Source of the DNA: a virus
Strand: one strand, 5' to 3'
Virus record (IMG/VR): IMGVR_UViG_3300036939_000049
Coordinates: 1 to 64,000 of that record
DNA length: 64,000 bases
Shown here: one piece after another, positions 29,603-38,550 of the stretch
How positions within the stretch are numbered: the stretch's first letter is position 1
Layout of the letters: the number at the start of each line of letters is the position of its first letter
Position numbers and translations under genes: made by a program
The notes under the pieces: generated by a model
What the model was told of the DNA's origin: nothing
What the model saw: the letters and a program-made list of their open reading frames with translations, nothing else
Database searches by the model: none

Positions 29603-30222
29603 TATGTACACGAATCGTGTACATACTTCTCTACTGGAGAAGCTTTCAAAGCCTCAAGCATCTTCTCCAGTAGTTCCTTCCCTGTCCCGTATTCTTCTAA
29701 TTCAGGGTGCTCAATCAAAAAGTCTATGTACTCGCGAAGGACATCTGATTTTGTAGCTTTTACGCGATCGCAGTACTCGCTAAATTCTTCTAAAAGTCTT
29801 GGCTCAATCCAAACTGCCATCGGCTTGGACTTAACTCGCTTCTCTAATCTCTTCTCTCGTTCTGGCTTTACACAAAATCTAATATCAACATGCGGCTTTT
29901 TCTCTCGGGCAGTACGCAATATAGGCATCGGAACGCCATTCAAAGGAGGCTTAAAGTGACTAATCAAAGCCTTCTCTATTTCCAAGAGCAAAGCTGGATC
30001 ACTCACTTCTACCCAAGCAATTCGGACATCACCAATTTCAACCAATTCTTGAAAACGATGGTGCTGTCGCCATCTAAAGCGAACTCGTATCGACTTGCCT
30101 ACGTACAAAACAATCTTGTCTTTTGCTATAGCCAAGTAAATACCTGCGGAATCAGGCAGCAGCTTTCTGTCTTCCAATGGAACACTAGGAAGACTATCTA
30201 CAAATTCATTTGTGAAATACAT
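29599..30222 (-). CDS. GIY-YIG nuclease fused to a ribbon-helix-helix domain
   Basis: AGIYL...YVGKS...RW..H...E...PPLN; C-terminal MAVWIE...TKSDVLREYI. Confidence 0.75.
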   Translation of the reverse strand: MYFTNEFVDSLPSVPLEDRKLLPDSAGIYLAIAKDKIVLYVGKSIRVRFRWRQHHRFQELVEIGDVRIAWVEVSDPALLLEIEKALISHFKPPLNGVPMPILRTAREKKPHVDIRFCVKPEREKRLEKRVKSKPMAVWIEPRLLEEFSEYCDRVKATKSDVLREYIDFLIEHPELEEYGTGKELLEKMLEALKASPVEKYVHDSCTY

Positions 30223-30450
30223 CTAAGACTCGTTATTCTTCTTAACAACCTCTCTCGCAAGGTTCATTCCGCCAGATCGCAGCATAATTTCCAACAATTC
30301 CGATCGCGTAAGCCCCAATTCAAACGAAAGATTGTCCAATTCGTCCGAAATCGTCTCAGTCAGAACAAAGTTATAACGCTTCTTTACTTCACCGTATTTG
30401 AACACTTCCGCTTTTTTGGGGCGTTTGACCATGGTATGGGGTGTATACAC
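30223..30450 (-). CDS. CopG/RHH DNA-binding protein
   Basis: YGEVKKRYNFVLT...LGLTRSELLE. Confidence 0.75.
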   Translation of the reverse strand: MYTPHTMVKRPKKAEVFKYGEVKKRYNFVLTETISDELDNLSFELGLTRSELLEIMLRSGGMNLAREVVKKNNES

Positions 30451-30518
30451 AATTCCACAACTTTAACTTACCTAACTAGCTTACCTTGGTGTTGCATAAT
30501 TAAACAAGTGTGTATACA
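30441..30518. promoter_or_regulatory. Putative RHH operator (two TGTATACA palindromes)
   Basis: GTGTATACAC at 30441-30450 and TGTATACA at 30511-30518, at the 5' end of the RHH gene. Confidence 0.45.
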
Positions 30519-30795
30519 ATTATATTATCCCAAAACGGCGAAACACCTCATGCCGGAGGTGTTTCCAATTGTTCTTATTGAATTCGCCAAACTAATTAGC
30601 TTCTTAGCTTTTGGCTTGCTAATTAGCCTTCTACCTTACAGCCCAACAAAGGGTTCTGTTTGCTTATGAGTATATCTGGTAATGTACCCCCACTGCAAGG
30701 GGGGTGGTTCGTACTTATCGAGAGTTCTTCTCCCTCTCCTCTTCACTGGCTAGGTTGGACGGTACTACTTTGGTCAAAACCTGCGGATAAAATTT

Positions 30796-31269
30796 GTGTC
30801 GAGGAGAACCGCCGTGACGTCGCAGAATGACACTACTGTCCCGCAGCCATTCGACGCTGTTTTGGGGGGTATACCCCTGCAAAAGCTGATTAAGCTCACC
30901 CAAATCGAGGTGATTACAGGTGTAGGAAAATATAAGGTTCCGGCTATTGTGACAGGTCAGCTAGCCGTTAATCGTGACCCTCTAGTAGAAAAATGGGTAA
31001 TCACCCATGTCAGGTCTGGAAGACGAATAGCAGACCGCAAACGCAGCATTCAATTCGATACTGAATTCTCACTCTTTGGTGCCTTATATGTGGCGATGTC
31101 TCTAGAAAAGCTTGATTTTTCTTGGTTTACCCAAGATGCGAAGTTAAATACGAAAAAAGCACCGAATGGGTTTCGCGATCGCATTGCAGAAATCCTACAA
31201 GAGGCTAGGAACTGGGAAGTTAACGCACTGACAACAAGCCTAGAACCAATTCAGGAGGAAGAAAGATGA
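30796..31269 (+). CDS. Hypothetical protein
   Basis: 157 aa; WVITHVRSG motif. Confidence 0.5.
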   Translation: MSRRTAVTSQNDTTVPQPFDAVLGGIPLQKLIKLTQIEVITGVGKYKVPAIVTGQLAVNRDPLVEKWVITHVRSGRRIADRKRSIQFDTEFSLFGALYVAMSLEKLDFSWFTQDAKLNTKKAPNGFRDRIAEILQEARNWEVNALTTSLEPIQEEER

Positions 31270-31513
31270 GCAGTACTACCGACTAGAGATCAATCACGAA
31301 GTAGCCCTAGTAAGAAAAATTCGCCGCGATCCACTAGCCGACTTAAAGGTCAAAGTGCTTCAGGTCAATCATCTTGTCCTAGAACCAGAGGGCAGACCTT
31401 ATACCTCAACATCCTGGTTGTTTGCAGGGTATCTAAAACATGACGGAGCGCTATTCATTCCCGCTACAGCAACGTACGATCCAGCTGGTTGCGAGAAACA
31501 ATTACGCGGTAGA

Positions 31514-31560
31514 GCGTACCAAGCACTAATCACCAAGGGCAGAAGTTAAACAAATTTGTG
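31514..31560 (+). repeat. 47-bp direct repeat, copy 1 (copy 2 at 32128..32174)
   Basis: gcgtaccaagcactaatcaccaagg(g/a)cagaagttaaacaaatttgtg, one mismatch; both upstream ORFs end AYQALITK(G/D)RS. Confidence 0.9.
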
Positions 31561-31575
31561 CCTTTGGTGTAATAA

Positions 31576-32163
31576 ATGCGACACAACACTTATTCATTTG
31601 CAAAAAAGATGGACGACCTATTAGAGTACTACAAAAACAAACTTGAGAATCTTGCAACACATTGCAGAGTGGAGACAATTCATTATTTTGACGAATCCAA
31701 TGGACCACAGGTATGGGGCGATTACTGTGGAGACTGCGCGGAATGGATAGTTAGCCTAACCCGTTGCAAGCTTGTAATGGGTTGCCTCGCACTCTTGGCG
31801 CATCCATTACTCAGACAACGCTATTACCAGTTTTATCAACCGTGGTGGGAGTTTAGCTACTGGGGGGAAAGCGAAATTCACCCTCATATAGAAATTTGCG
31901 CGGAAAAAGACAGCATGTCTTGCTGTGATCGCTGTGGCGTAATTCTGTCCTACAGCCTTACTGAATACGGTGTTAGGACGGAAATTGAGCATTTTGAGTC
32001 TTTGGATGTCAACTCAGTTAATTCACGTAACGCTTACCAACTTTGGCAAGTATTTCAATCAGGCATAGACCTTGAAATTGAATACGAGCGATTAGCGGCA
32101 TTAGGAGAAAAGTTTCTAGGGAAAATCGCGTACCAAGCACTAATCACCAAGGACAGAAGTTAA
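31576..32163 (+). CDS. Cys-rich hypothetical protein bracketed by direct repeats
   Basis: CGDC and CDRC motifs suggest zinc binding. Confidence 0.55.
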   Translation: MRHNTYSFAKKMDDLLEYYKNKLENLATHCRVETIHYFDESNGPQVWGDYCGDCAEWIVSLTRCKLVMGCLALLAHPLLRQRYYQFYQPWWEFSYWGESEIHPHIEICAEKDSMSCCDRCGVILSYSLTEYGVRTEIEHFESLDVNSVNSRNAYQLWQVFQSGIDLEIEYERLAALGEKFLGKIAYQALITKDRS

Positions 32164-32231
32164 ACAAATTTGTGTCGCATTTATGTAACAAATGCGACAC
32201 AAAACTAACCCATTTGCGACATTATACTACG

Positions 32232-33059
32232 ATGATGGCTATTTCACGTCCAGCCTTACGTTATCCCGGTGGTAAATTTCGGGATGGGTATTGGATTATC
32301 AACCACTTCCCCAAACACATGACTTACTGCGAACCATTCGGTGGTGGTGGTTCAGTCCTACTACTTAAGCAACCTTCGACCTATGAGTTCTACAATGATC
32401 TCGACGGAGAGGTTGTTAACTTCTTCAAGATGCTGCGTGACAGAGGAAGCGCGTTAATTGAGAAGATTCAACTCACGCCTTACAGCCGAGTAGAACAAGA
32501 ACTCAGCCGTATTCCAGAAGGTGATGAATTGGAAAGGGCGAGACGTTTCTATACCAGAAGTTGGCAGACCATAAATGGTGCAGAAAAACGTTATGCCTCT
32601 GGCTGGCGAAATATATATAAAAGTACTCGCGGGACTGATGTGATTCGCGAGTGGAATAACACTGAACACTTGCAGGCAGTTGTTTGGCGGCTTCGTCAAG
32701 TTCAGATTGAAAACCGTCCAGCCTTAGATTTAGTTAAGCGCATTGATACTGAGGAAACTCTGTTTTATTTCGATCCACCCTATGTAAAGAGCACTCGATC
32801 TGAAAAGCATAGAGATTTGTATAAATTTGAGTTGAACGACGAAGAACATTGTCAACTAAGTAAAGTCATTCATTCGCTCAAAGGAATGAGCATCATCTCT
32901 GGGTATGACTGTGCGTTATATCGAGAACTCTTTAAGGATTTTTACTTAGTTAAGAAAAAGACAACCAAAAATCATGGCAAAACAGCCATTGAATGTCTTT
33001 GGCTTTCACCAAATGTCATAAAAAGTCAACAACAATTAAACCTATTTGAGGTGCAGTAA
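32232..33059 (+). CDS. DNA adenine methyltransferase (D12/Dam family)
   Basis: RYPGGK, EPFGGGGSV, NDLD, DPPY; C-terminal QLNLF resembles a beta-clamp-binding motif. Confidence 0.9.
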   Translation: MMAISRPALRYPGGKFRDGYWIINHFPKHMTYCEPFGGGGSVLLLKQPSTYEFYNDLDGEVVNFFKMLRDRGSALIEKIQLTPYSRVEQELSRIPEGDELERARRFYTRSWQTINGAEKRYASGWRNIYKSTRGTDVIREWNNTEHLQAVVWRLRQVQIENRPALDLVKRIDTEETLFYFDPPYVKSTRSEKHRDLYKFELNDEEHCQLSKVIHSLKGMSIISGYDCALYRELFKDFYLVKKKTTKNHGKTAIECLWLSPNVIKSQQQLNLFEVQ

Positions 33060-34420
33060 TGGGTAAAACATCATGCGTCAGACACTCACCAAACGCTAGA
33101 TACGTGAAATTGAGAGAAGACTATATCGCAATTTGTGATGGACTTGATTGTGCAGCAAAAATACTCGATTTATTTGAGTATTGGACAAACTGCAAACTTG
33201 AGGCAATCAAAGAGGTTCGCTCATACAACACGATGGCTAAAAAGCTGAAACAGCCTGAGATGAACGAACCCACATTGTGGTTATACGAAAGAGTTGCAGA
33301 TTTTCGCGAAGGTTTACTCAATGATCCGAAATTTAGAAAAGCCGTTGGACGCCCAGGGACAGGTTCTGCGGATACACACATCAAAGCTAGTCTTAAGTTT
33401 TTGCACAAAAAAGGCTTTATCAGCTGGCGGGCATCTAGACAAAAGTGTGACAACACAAAAGAGTACCTATTGAATACGAGCGTTGTACAAAAAGCCATTG
33501 ACGCTTGGTGGGAACATCAGCAAAGCGCTGAAAGCCTTGAAAAATCAGATGAGTCAGATTTGACTGACCATGAGTCAGATTTGACCGACCATGAGTCAGA
33601 TTTGACCGACCATGAGTCAGATTTGACCGACCATGAGTCAGATTTGACCGATATCTTTACTAATAGTCAATCTATTAGTCTTCCTAAAAATTCCTACTAT
33701 TCCTCCAACGAAGCGCCCCCTAAACCCGGCGCACCCCCCACCCAAGAAAGCGTGTGTGTGGCAGACCCGGAGGTCAGTCAAGAGGACAAAGGCAATAGCA
33801 ACAACCTCAAAGACTCTCAAACAACCACCCTGGCTACGAAACAGGATTTAATCAGCATCCGGGAAGAAAGCATAGTTTCTGGTAAAGACAAAAATTCCGC
33901 TGCGACGAATGAGAATGATTATCAAAAGAGCTTGTCTGATGCAGAAATTGCAAAAGCCAAAGCAAAACTTGAATCTAGGTACACGGAAGGCAGATTAGCT
34001 AAGCAATGGTTAGAGGACAAGACTTTTCACAAGTTTATTGCTGAGCACCACCTAGTAAATACGTCTCATTGGCAAAAAGCATCTAGACCCCCGCAAGGAA
34101 ATGATGCCAAAAGCTGGGTCAGAACTAAGCTCAAGGAAGATGCTGGGATTATCCAAGACAAGTGGGAAGCTTATCAGCAAGAGCTGGCGCGACGTGTAGA
34201 AGTTGAGCAAATCAAACAACCTGCTGCTGAACCAGCAGTAGCTGAGCAGGCACCGCCCCGCAAAAACAACCAGTTTCAGTTTTACAGGTCAGCCATCAAG
34301 TCCAACGTACCCATACTGCGTCCCCATCGAGAGCGTGGGATTGAGTGGGCAAAGCAGCAGCCAAACGTGGCTCTAGTCTTCGATGACAACGGCGAAGTAA
34401 TCGACATAGAGGAATTTTAA
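33059..34420 (+). CDS. Replication initiator (lambda O-like) containing iterons
   Basis: N-terminal wHTH-like region, internal 21-bp repeats, adjacent to dnaB. Confidence 0.75.
   Translation: MGKTSCVRHSPNARYVKLREDYIAICDGLDCAAKILDLFEYWTNCKLEAIKEVRSYNTMAKKLKQPEMNEPTLWLYERVADFREGLLNDPKFRKAVGRPGTGSADTHIKASLKFLHKKGFISWRASRQKCDNTKEYLLNTSVVQKAIDAWWEHQQSAESLEKSDESDLTDHESDLTDHESDLTDHESDLTDHESDLTDIFTNSQSISLPKNSYYSSNEAPPKPGAPPTQESVCVADPEVSQEDKGNSNNLKDSQTTTLATKQDLISIREESIVSGKDKNSAATNENDYQKSLSDAEIAKAKAKLESRYTEGRLAKQWLEDKTFHKFIAEHHLVNTSHWQKASRPPQGNDAKSWVRTKLKEDAGIIQDKWEAYQQELARRVEVEQIKQPAAEPAVAEQAPPRKNNQFQFYRSAIKSNVPILRPHRERGIEWAKQQPNVALVFDDNGEVIDIEEF
33549..33651 (+). repeat. Five tandem 21-bp iterons; putative replication origin
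   Basis: atgagtcagatttgac(t/c)gacc x5, each containing the GTCA-N4-TGAC palindrome, followed by an AT-rich tract. Confidence 0.85.
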
Positions 34421-35776
34421 ATGCAAGAACTTAAGCAGCAACTAGAAGCGCAGTTCTCATCTGCGCCCATGCTTCCACCGCAAAACGTTGAGGCTGAGGA
34501 AGCTGTCCTAGGGGGAATACTTCTCGACCCAGGAGCTATAGCTCGTGTAGCAGACCTTTTGCCGCCAGATGCGTTTTACATCGCAGCCCACAAAGAAATC
34601 TACAAAGCCGCACTAGCGCTTTATCACGCCGGACGTCCCACAGATTTGTTGCATCTTTCCACTTGGGTCTTCGATCATCACCTGAGCGACAAAATTGGTG
34701 GGAATAACAAGCTTGCCGAATTGGTTGACCGGACGGTATCCGCTATCAATATCGACCGATATGCGGCACTGCTTTTGGATAAGTGGCAGCGGCGGCGCTT
34801 AATTCATGCTGGGAACGAGATTGTTCAGTTGGGGTATGACACGAGCCGTGAGTTGGAGGAGGTAACCAACGAGTCAGAGCAGAAAGTCTTTGCCTTGTCT
34901 CGTCAGTCTCAAAACAACACGGCAACATCTGACCTCTGTGACACGATCGCGTCATGTTATGGACGAATTGAGCAAATTTCTTCTGGTCAGACAGCACCGG
35001 GTATACCTTCAGGCTTCTACGACCTGGATGCTAAGACTGGTGGTTTTGGGCGTGGTGACTTGATAGTTGTTGCTGGGCGGCCGGCGATGGGAAAAACCGC
35101 TTTTGCCACGGGCTGTGCTCGCAACGTGGCTGACAAAGAGCCTACGCTCATTTTCAGTCTGGAGATGAGCAAAGAGCAGCTAGGCGACAGATTTCTCTCG
35201 ACTGAATCTGGTGTTCCTTCCGAGCGGATGCGGACGGGGAAGCTCCAAGACAATGACTGGGCAGCACTGTCAGACGCATTGGGGACACTAGCAAGCCTTC
35301 CAGTTGTGATCAACGACCAAAGCATCATCACGGTTGCTCAGATGGCTAGTATCGCCCGCCAAGTCTCTATCGACAAAGGAGGGCTTGGGATGGTCTTGAT
35401 TGATTACGTACAGCTTATGGGGGAGGGTAAGGATAATCGAGTCCAAGAGCTATCACGAATCACCCGACAGCTCAAAATAATGGCAAAAGAACTAAAAGTT
35501 CCAGTAATCCTGCTTAGTCAGCTCTCGCGAGAAGTGGAAACTCGGACAAACAAGCGCCCGATGATGAGCGACTTGCGGGAGAGCGGCAGTATCGAGCAGG
35601 ACGCAGACATAGTGCTCATGTTGTACCGAGACGAGTATTACAACCCAAACACGCCCGATCGCGGCATTGCTGAACTGATCATTGCTAAGCATCGCAATGG
35701 TCCAACCGGAACAATCAAGCTTTTGTTCGATAGCGAAGTCACGCAATTCAAAAACTTAGCGCAGAAGGGGTTTTAA
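34421..35776 (+). CDS. dnaB: Replicative DNA helicase
   Basis: PPQNVEAEEAVLG, GRPAMGKT, IDYVQLM, SQLSR, LRESGSIEQDAD, KHRNGPTG. Confidence 0.97.
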   Translation: MQELKQQLEAQFSSAPMLPPQNVEAEEAVLGGILLDPGAIARVADLLPPDAFYIAAHKEIYKAALALYHAGRPTDLLHLSTWVFDHHLSDKIGGNNKLAELVDRTVSAINIDRYAALLLDKWQRRRLIHAGNEIVQLGYDTSRELEEVTNESEQKVFALSRQSQNNTATSDLCDTIASCYGRIEQISSGQTAPGIPSGFYDLDAKTGGFGRGDLIVVAGRPAMGKTAFATGCARNVADKEPTLIFSLEMSKEQLGDRFLSTESGVPSERMRTGKLQDNDWAALSDALGTLASLPVVINDQSIITVAQMASIARQVSIDKGGLGMVLIDYVQLMGEGKDNRVQELSRITRQLKIMAKELKVPVILLSQLSREVETRTNKRPMMSDLRESGSIEQDADIVLMLYRDEYYNPNTPDRGIAELIIAKHRNGPTGTIKLLFDSEVTQFKNLAQKGF

Positions 35777-35777
35777 G

Positions 35778-38489
35778 ATGCTGTATACAGCTAGTTATTT
35801 CCAACCAGAAAATCATCATGGGCAGTTGCTGAGCATCTCGCGATCGCGCCCCGCGAAATTCCAACAAGCTCCTACGCTAGACTTCTTCGCTCCCACTCAA
35901 GACCTGCTGGATTTCTGGCACAGAGAAACCAAGACAGCACAACGCGAAGCTATTCCCCAGTTGTGGACGCAGTATCAAGATCAATTTTTTGAATTACTTG
36001 ACGACCGGGCGTCTCAGATTGAGGACTGGATAGCTCAACTAAATCCAGTAGAGGACTACACTCTCTGCTGTTGGGAGAGAACCACCGACCGGATACCCAA
36101 CTGCCACCGCAATGATGTTGGTGCGTTATTAGCGGTTCGGTGCAAAGAACTATGGGGTGGTTTTGACGTCATTGTCACGCCCCAGGAGCGTGCTTGGAAT
36201 TCACCTGAATTTGAAATTTGCGACGAAGAGGGCACAAAATCAATTTGGTTTTGGGTTGATAAACCAACCGATTCTACAGCCCGACAGCTAACAACAAAAT
36301 GGGGGACTAAAATTGTTCAGCTGAAAGAGATTAAAAAGGTAATCTCAGAATCTTGCGAAACAAACCTGCCGCCCCAAGCTTGTTTGGTTCAATCAGAAGC
36401 CAAACCTTGCAAAGTTTTTGTTCAACCGCAAAAACCACCAATAGATTTCAATGATCCAGTTGTTATCCTCAACCCACAGACACCGGACTATCAAGCACAG
36501 CTAAAAGCAATAGCACAAGCTGACTTATTAGTCTTGGACTTAGAGACGTATGGAGAAACCAATTACAAACATGGGGGCTTGCACCCTTGGGATGGGCGGA
36601 TTCGTTTAGTCCAGTTGTTTGACGGCAAAACCGTTTGGATTGCGGATTTAGGCGGACGTTCGCTCAACACCTTACCGTTATTCGCTACTTGTGAATCTGA
36701 GCGTGATGTTAAGCATCAGCAGTTTCAGGAATTCTTTGAGGTACTGCGCGATCGCGTATCTTCCCCAGAGTGTCGAATTGTGGGTCATAACATACACTTC
36801 GACTTGAGGATGCTGGCTACACAGCTAGGAATTAAAGCCCAAAATATAGCTTGTACTTTAGTTGGCGCTAAAGTATATTTTGGTGACTACGGTAAAGGCG
36901 ACGATACTGATAAAAAAGGGGCATCAGACCCTATTTTATCTGGGGGTTATGGTCTAGGAAATTTAATCAAGCGTTGGTTTGATATGCCGCTTGATAAATC
37001 TCAGCAAAAATCAGATTGGGGCGGGTATCTTACAAACGAGCAAATTGAATATGCCGCTAGGGACGTGATAGCTACATGGCATCTCTATCAGACGCTACAG
37101 GGCTTGTACTCGAATAAAAAATCTCCACTCTACAGTTCAACTTTACTGGAGAGCTGGGAAGTCGAAAATCGTTGCATTCCGGTTGCAGTTGACATCGAAT
37201 GTTGGGGAATGCCCGTGGACTTAGAGTTGGTCGAAGTACAAGGGCAACAAATTGAAAGTATTCGGCAGCAACTTTTACAAGAATGGGAGCAAATCAGTCC
37301 CAATGTCACTTACAACCAAACCGCTGAATTGACCAAACTGTTAGCCGAACAGTACAACATTCACCTAGAGAAGTTGGATAAAACTGAGCTAGCGGCACAT
37401 CAAGATAATCCATTGGTTAAGCTCCGGCTTAAACTCAAGGCTTTGGATGTGAAGCTCAACAACCTAAAAGCATTTGCTCGGTCGGCGGTGCGTGATGGGC
37501 GTGTGCACACAACCTACCGAACGCTTACGGGATTTGGTCGGTTTAGTAGTGGCGAGTCTAAAAACTTTGACGATTTACCCAACTTACAGTCTATCTCCGC
37601 TAAAGACAGCCCGATGATTAGCGAGTACAAACTCCCTAATCCAAGGTCAACCATCAAACCTCCCCCAGGTTATGCGATGGGTGTTATTGACTTGGCGGGT
37701 GCTCATGGTCGGATTGCGGCTGACCAAGCAGAAGATGAAACCGCGATCGCAGGAAATAATGACAAATCAATAGACAACCACAGCAAAGTTGCAGTTTACA
37801 TTGCTAAATGTCAAGGATTGGATTGGACATGGGAGGACATTGCTCGGCTTCGTGAGGAACCGTCTGACGAAGGGAAGAAAGCGGATGCGTTTCGATCCAC
37901 AGCAAAAAATACCTATTATGGTTGGCTTAACGGCGCTGGTGCTGGACGCATTCAAGACCAAATTACTGCTAATACTGGAAAAGAACCAAAGCTTGAAGAC
38001 TGCGAAGCTGCTATTGAAGGGTGTAAGGTGCTTTACCCTAAAGTGTTGAAACATCGTGCAGCACTTCACAAGCGTTTAGTGAAAACGGCTGTTGAGGTTG
38101 ATGGGCGTAAAGTCGCTGTGAATAAAACCTCAGATGGGTTTAGGATTTTGCTCCCATTAGTCGCCAATCGCAACAACCCAGATCGTCTAGAAGCACCCTA
38201 CACACAATCTCTTGCAGCGATTTGGACGCGAATTGAAGCCACAGCCGTAAAAAGGGCTTTACCCAAAATCCAATATCTAATCAACCAATACCCTGAATGG
38301 GATTTGCAGATTATTGGGGTAGTTCACGATGAAGTGGATGTGTTGGTCAAAGAAGAATTTGCCCAGGTCGCGATTATGCAAGTTAATGACTTGATTGGGG
38401 ATGAATTCAAAGCCCAGCTTAAGTACGTGATTGATGGGCGAAAAACCAATTGGAAAAAATTAATTGTTCCATCGTGGGCTGACAAGTAA
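35778..38489 (+). CDS. polA: Family A DNA polymerase with 3'-5' exonuclease and N-terminal DUF488-like domain
   Basis: Exo I DLET, II HNIHFD, III YAARD; TGFGRFSS, PNLQS, motif A D, motif B R..AK, motif C VHDE; N-terminal LYTASYF...LCCWE...CHR. Confidence 0.85.
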   Translation: MLYTASYFQPENHHGQLLSISRSRPAKFQQAPTLDFFAPTQDLLDFWHRETKTAQREAIPQLWTQYQDQFFELLDDRASQIEDWIAQLNPVEDYTLCCWERTTDRIPNCHRNDVGALLAVRCKELWGGFDVIVTPQERAWNSPEFEICDEEGTKSIWFWVDKPTDSTARQLTTKWGTKIVQLKEIKKVISESCETNLPPQACLVQSEAKPCKVFVQPQKPPIDFNDPVVILNPQTPDYQAQLKAIAQADLLVLDLETYGETNYKHGGLHPWDGRIRLVQLFDGKTVWIADLGGRSLNTLPLFATCESERDVKHQQFQEFFEVLRDRVSSPECRIVGHNIHFDLRMLATQLGIKAQNIACTLVGAKVYFGDYGKGDDTDKKGASDPILSGGYGLGNLIKRWFDMPLDKSQQKSDWGGYLTNEQIEYAARDVIATWHLYQTLQGLYSNKKSPLYSSTLLESWEVENRCIPVAVDIECWGMPVDLELVEVQGQQIESIRQQLLQEWEQISPNVTYNQTAELTKLLAEQYNIHLEKLDKTELAAHQDNPLVKLRLKLKALDVKLNNLKAFARSAVRDGRVHTTYRTLTGFGRFSSGESKNFDDLPNLQSISAKDSPMISEYKLPNPRSTIKPPPGYAMGVIDLAGAHGRIAADQAEDETAIAGNNDKSIDNHSKVAVYIAKCQGLDWTWEDIARLREEPSDEGKKADAFRSTAKNTYYGWLNGAGAGRIQDQITANTGKEPKLEDCEAAIEGCKVLYPKVLKHRAALHKRLVKTAVEVDGRKVAVNKTSDGFRILLPLVANRNNPDRLEAPYTQSLAAIWTRIEATAVKRALPKIQYLINQYPEWDLQIIGVVHDEVDVLVKEEFAQVAIMQVNDLIGDEFKAQLKYVIDGRKTNWKKLIVPSWADK

Positions 38490-38550
38490 TTTTTGTAGGT
38501 TAACTATCGCTGATGCGTTACATCACTATCACATCTGGGACAATTAAAAA

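Noticed and set aside
29890-30669. 259-aa plus-strand ORF
   Set aside because: It is the antisense shadow of the GIY-YIG and RHH genes and has no motifs.
33549-33651. 21-bp repeats as a CRISPR array
   Set aside because: They are head-to-tail with no spacers, in frame within the initiator gene, and no cas genes are present; iterons fit better.
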